This document shows, in pieces, positions 60,068-64,000 of a DNA stretch of 64,000 nucleotides. Within the stretch, counting starts at the first letter, position 1. Each line of letters starts with the position of its first letter. Below the pieces are notes generated by a model. The model was not told where the DNA came from. It made no database searches and was given only the letters and a program-made list of their open reading frames with translations. The stretch lies in the NCBI GenBank assembly GCA_009840735.1, contig VXNF01000102.1, forward strand, positions 5,038 through 69,037, written 5' to 3'. A program made the translations under genes and the position numbers. Origin of the DNA: Acidimicrobiia bacterium (GTDB taxonomy: Bacteria; Actinomycetota; Acidimicrobiia; Acidimicrobiales; CATQHL01).

Positions 60068-60199
60068 GCTCACTATTATGCGCGAGATCCCCTGAGTGTG
60101 CAAGATCTGTGCGCTATTGCACTTGAGCTAGCCACAGCTGCCTTGCTATTGAGGCTGCTCTGTCACTATTCTTGCTAGCTAGATCACGAGGAGGTGACC

Positions 60200-61315
60200 A
60201 TGCGTATCGGTGTCCCCAAGGAGATCAAGAACGAGGAACGGCGCGTGGGCCTCACCCCCGACAGCGTCGGCGACCTGACCGCGCGCGGCCATGAGGTCTT
60301 CGTCGAGGCTCGTGCGGGCGACGGCGCCGGGTTCTGCGACGAGGACTACGCAGCGCGGGGGGCGACGATCCTGGCGAGCGCGGAGGATGTCTTCGACGCC
60401 GGCGAGTTGATCGTCAAGGTGAAGGAGCCGCAGGCCGTCGAGCGCGCCCGCCTGCGACCACACCACACGCTGTTCGCCTATCTGCACCTCGCGGCCGACC
60501 CCGAGCAGGCGTCGGAGTTGCTGGCCAGCGGCGCCGCCGCCATCGCCTACGAGTCGGTCACCGACAGCGCGGGCCGGCTCCCGCTTCTGGCGCCCATGTC
60601 GCAGGTGGCGGGGCGGATGTCGATCCAGGCCGGCGCCCACTGCCTCGAAGGCGCCGCCGGCGGCCGGGGCGTGCTCCTTGGCGGCGTGCCCGGCGTGGCC
60701 GCCGCCCCGGTGGTGGTGGTCGGCGGCGGCGTGGTGGGCAGCAACGCCGTCCAGATGGCGCTCGGGCTTGGCGCCGATGTCACCGTGGTGGACCGCAGCC
60801 CAGTTGTATTGGAGAACCTCGCGGCGCGCTTCGGCCCGTCGCTTCGGACCCTCTACTCCAATCCGACCTCGCTGGAGCGCGCCGTGGCCGGCGCCGATCT
60901 AGTCATCGGGGCGGTGCTGATCCGAGGAGCGCGGGCGCCGCGGCTGATCACCGAACAGATGGTCAAGGAGATGCGACCGGGCACCGTCATCGTGGACGTG
61001 GCGATCGACCAGGGCGGCTGCGCGGCCACGTCGCACCCCACGACCCACGCCGACCCTACCTACACGAGCGACGGGGTCGTGCATTACTGCGTGGCCAACA
61101 TGCCCGGCGCCGTGCCCCGCACCGCCACCCTGGCGCTCAACAACGCCACCCTCCCCTATGTGGCCGCGCTCGCCGAGGAGGGCCCGACGGCAGCCATGCG
61201 CGCCGACGCCGGGCTGCGCAACGGCCTCACTGTGTACAGGGGCCGCATCGCCGAGCCCGCCGTAGCCGAGTGCCTGAGCCTCCCCTACACCGCCCCCGAG
61301 GTCTGCCTGAACTGA
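60200..61315 (+). CDS. ald: Alanine dehydrogenase
   Basis: MRIGVPKEIKN-E-RV, VKVKEP, YLHLA, LPLLAPMS-VAGR, DVAIDQGGC, HYCVANMPGAVPRT. Confidence 0.97.
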   Translation: MRIGVPKEIKNEERRVGLTPDSVGDLTARGHEVFVEARAGDGAGFCDEDYAARGATILASAEDVFDAGELIVKVKEPQAVERARLRPHHTLFAYLHLAADPEQASELLASGAAAIAYESVTDSAGRLPLLAPMSQVAGRMSIQAGAHCLEGAAGGRGVLLGGVPGVAAAPVVVVGGGVVGSNAVQMALGLGADVTVVDRSPVVLENLAARFGPSLRTLYSNPTSLERAVAGADLVIGAVLIRGARAPRLITEQMVKEMRPGTVIVDVAIDQGGCAATSHPTTHADPTYTSDGVVHYCVANMPGAVPRTATLALNNATLPYVAALAEEGPTAAMRADAGLRNGLTVYRGRIAEPAVAECLSLPYTAPEVCLN

Positions 61316-61438
61316 CCGCCCGCCGCCACCGCCCGGCCAGCGTCTCAGCGGAGGCTTCGGTCCGCCGGGCGTTACGGGGAATCCGACGCGAATCCGAGAC
61401 CGCGCTCAAACGCCCGAACGATCTGCGGGGGCCGCTTC

Positions 61439-64000
61439 TCAGTCCGGCAGCGTGACGACCTTGGCGTTGCCGACCTGGGCGTAACGGCCGGGAGTGCAGG
61501 TCAGCACGATGACCTGGCACTCACGGCCAGCGGCGGCGATGGCGGCACCCATGCGGGCCAGACGGCCGGGGTCGCTCCAGCCGAGGGCATCGTCGAGCAC
61601 CACGGGCGCACCCCCGCCGTGGGGGCTGACGATGGCGGCGCAGGCCAGCCGGGCCAGCACGCCGAGCTGCTCGCGGGCACCGACGCTGAGCTGCTCTACC
61701 TCCAGGGTGGTGCCTTCGAGCGTGCGGCGCACCAACCGCAGGTCGTCATCCAGTTCAACCTCGAAGGTCGGCCCGAACACGATTCGTCCGAACCTTTCGA
61801 TGCGCTCCTTGAAAGGGGCGAGGTAACGTCTGCGGCTCTCGGCTCGACGCCGCTCGAACGTGTCGTGGAGGAGCTGCGCTGCCTGCGCCCTCGACTCGGT
61901 GCGCTCTTGATCTCGCTCGAGGCGCTCGCAGTGACTGCGGGCCTCGCTCAGCTGCTCGTGCAGGCCTGACTCACCCTGAACCTCCAAGCGGGCCAGCAGG
62001 GTCAGCAGCGAGCCCTCGTTGTCCTCGAGTTCGGCCGCAGCCCGCGTTGCGGCGGCACGGGCGTTGTCCACCAGCAGCTTCAGCGAGCCGGGGTCGGCCT
62101 CCTCGACAGCCGCCTGCGCCCCGCCGAGGGCGGATTTGGTCCCGTCGAGGGCCTGTTGAGCCGACGCCAGCGAGGCGCGCAGGTCGGCGTCGGGGCGCTC
62201 GCGCCGCGCAGCCGCCAACGCTTCCTGCGCCTCGCCCCTGCCGACCTCGGCGTCACGGACCCTCGCGGCGTGAACCGCCTCTTCCTGCCTGGCAGCCGTG
62301 AGCGCTTCATTCGCCTCGGCGGCGCCTTGGCGGCATCGCGAGTGGTCAGAGTCGCGGTCAGCCAGCAGCTTCTCGGCCGCCGACGCGCGTTGCTTGGCCT
62401 CCTCGAAGTCGCTCGGCAGGGCTGGGTCGGCGGGACGTTCAGCGGCGTAAGCCTCGATCCGACCAGATAGCCCGGCGATCTTCTGCGCGAGGACATCCAC
62501 CGTGAGGTCTCGCTGGTCTCGGTTGATCGTTCTGGTCGCATCGTCGCGAGCGCGCTCAGCCTCGCTGCGCTGCTTGGCTGCGCGTCGTGCCTCTTCGAAT
62601 CCTGAGACACCGCCTTGCTCACAGAGTTGAGCAAGCCGGGCCTCAGCAGCTTGCAATTCGACCGCCTTGCCCTGCGAGCCGCCGCCGGCGGTCACGTCCA
62701 CCTGCACCACACCGGGCAGCGTCAGCCTCGCCTCGTTGGCGACGGTGAACTCACGGTCGCTGCCCACGGGCAATTCCACCGCCTCGCCGGAGACAGTCAT
62801 CTCCAGGTCAGCCAGCGCGGTCACGACGAGGGTGGCCGCCGCGCTCTTGGCGGACGCTTCGGCGCCGACCACTTCAAGGTTCGCCGCTTCGATTCGCCCA
62901 AGCAGTTCGTCGTCCACTCGCGCCGCCTCCAGGTGGGCCTCCGCCGCGGCCAAGGCCTTCTGTGCCTCAACGACGCGACCGTGCCGCTCTCGCAGTTGCT
63001 CCACCTCGATGAGCCGCCGATGATGGTCGCGGTCCTCGTTCGCCTGCTTCTGCTCCACCCTGGCCGTCTCCAGCGACGCCGCGGCCGCCGCGAGTTCCTC
63101 AGCAGCTGCGGTGTCACGGGCGACGGCTGCCGCCAGCACTGGCATCGAACGCTCCCCCGCGGCCTGGAGTTCCCGCACTTTCCCCTCGGCGCTGTCCAGG
63201 CTCTGGAGCAGCTCGTTGCGGCGAGTCGCCTCGCTGTCCACCCGGTCACGTTTCTGGACTGCGGCCTGATGCTCTGCGGTGAGTCTGGCCAGTTCCCCCT
63301 CAAGTCGCTCCAGTTCCTTGCACCTCTCGCCGAGCGCCCGCTCATCGCGCTCGGCGGCATCCCGACCCTGCTCCAGTCCCCCGCGGTCGATGACGCGCCG
63401 CTCGACCTCCGCCGCGTCGCTGGCGATGTCGGCGAGTTGTCTCTCGACGTCCGCAACGTGGCGACGAGCCTCGTCTAGGAGGTTCTCGGCGTCCTTTCGG
63501 TCGCCTCTCGGCCGGCCCACAGGTGTCCAATAGCGCTCCCGCTCGGCGCATATTCGGTTCCAGAGGTCGTCGTCTTGATCTCCGAGGTCGCCGCCAGCGG
63601 CAGCGACGTCGAGCGCCCTGCCCAACGACGACACGTCGAAGTCGGGCAAGCTCAACTCAGTGCCCTGGTCGATCCTGAGGGCGTCCCAGAGGGCCTCGTC
63701 GAGCGTCTCCTTCAGAATCTCCTCCGCTCGGTCATGCGCTTGCCGCCCGGTTAGCTGCTCGTGGCGGGGCGCGGCGACCTCGAGGGTCGTCTGGGGCTGT
63801 CGGTGCCAGCGCTTGGAATAGACGAACCGGTAGGGGCCTGTCGTGAGTTCCACCTCCACTTCGGCACCGACGTCTCGGCCCTCGGGCTGCACTCTCGACA
63901 CGTCCCGATGCCTCGATGAGTCCTGAAACCGCAGGATGAGCCTCAGAGCCTCTGCGATGCTGGTCTTGCCGACCTCGTTGTCCCCTTCGATGATCGTGAC
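61439..64000 (-). CDS. Rad50/SbcC-like (YhaN-type) coiled-coil ATPase; 5' end lies beyond the window
   Basis: The frame is open to the window end, with Walker A VTIIEGDNEVGKTS, a long coiled coil, signature LSVGAREQL, Walker B VVLDDALG and QVIVLTC. Confidence 0.9.
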   Translation of the reverse strand, partial: VTIIEGDNEVGKTSIAEALRLILRFQDSSRHRDVSRVQPEGRDVGAEVEVELTTGPYRFVYSKRWHRQPQTTLEVAAPRHEQLTGRQAHDRAEEILKETLDEALWDALRIDQGTELSLPDFDVSSLGRALDVAAAGGDLGDQDDDLWNRICAERERYWTPVGRPRGDRKDAENLLDEARRHVADVERQLADIASDAAEVERRVIDRGGLEQGRDAAERDERALGERCKELERLEGELARLTAEHQAAVQKRDRVDSEATRRNELLQSLDSAEGKVRELQAAGERSMPVLAAAVARDTAAAEELAAAAASLETARVEQKQANEDRDHHRRLIEVEQLRERHGRVVEAQKALAAAEAHLEAARVDDELLGRIEAANLEVVGAEASAKSAAATLVVTALADLEMTVSGEAVELPVGSDREFTVANEARLTLPGVVQVDVTAGGGSQGKAVELQAAEARLAQLCEQGGVSGFEEARRAAKQRSEAERARDDATRTINRDQRDLTVDVLAQKIAGLSGRIEAYAAERPADPALPSDFEEAKQRASAAEKLLADRDSDHSRCRQGAAEANEALTAARQEEAVHAARVRDAEVGRGEAQEALAAARRERPDADLRASLASAQQALDGTKSALGGAQAAVEEADPGSLKLLVDNARAAATRAAAELEDNEGSLLTLLARLEVQGESGLHEQLSEARSHCERLERDQERTESRAQAAQLLHDTFERRRAESRRRYLAPFKERIERFGRIVFGPTFEVELDDDLRLVRRTLEGTTLEVEQLSVGAREQLGVLARLACAAIVSPHGGGAPVVLDDALGWSDPGRLARMGAAIAAAGRECQVIVLTCTPGRYAQVGNAKVVTLPD

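Noticed and set aside
60068..60199. Specific Lrp/AldR operator sites upstream of ald
   Set aside because: The region is AT-rich with a weak inverted repeat (GTGCAA…TTGCAC), but sites cannot be assigned reliably by eye.

Overview
High-GC (visually about 70%) actinobacterial chromosome segment. The mycothiol-dependent dehydrogenase, DUF222 fragment and the deoC plus paired-ALDH arrangement point to Actinomycetota; Acidimicrobiia is an inference. The housekeeping backbone (folD, msrA, deoC/upp, ftsEX, prfB, secA, ftsK, Lrp/ald, a Rad50/SbcC-like ATPase running off the right end) is interrupted by five accessory blocks. (1) A lower-GC islet at about 7.9-10.4 kb with an intact M.SmaI/M.Cfr9I-like N4-cytosine methylase, a truncated SmaI-like endonuclease and a HigBA toxin-antitoxin pair. 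(2) A three-subunit molybdenum hydroxylase (not a true CO dehydrogenase) with a Rieske ferredoxin and a TSUP transporter. (3) A ProVWX-type betaine ABC transporter with an extended permease and a stalked binding protein. (4) A roughly 23 kb cluster (24.6-47.4 kb) with no visible regulator, apparently for uptake and conversion of an unknown nitrogenous (cyclic amide/amine) compound. It holds a Dpp-type ABC importer, MFS, HyuA/HyuB, a nitrilase-family amidase, an isochorismatase-family amidase, a copper amine oxidase, a SAM methyltransferase with a small partner, two paralogous cupins, SnoaL, an ICL/PEP-mutase-family lyase and two alpha/beta-hydrolase-fold proteins lacking the canonical triad. 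(5) A second islet at 57.4-59.6 kb with an orphan hicB, a 37-37-37 bp repeat-spacer-repeat, a truncated DUF222 gene and a DUF3467 gene. A candidate sRNA lies at about 1030-1150. No rRNA, tRNA, cas gene or transposase was seen. All calls come from motif recognition by eye, without database searches.
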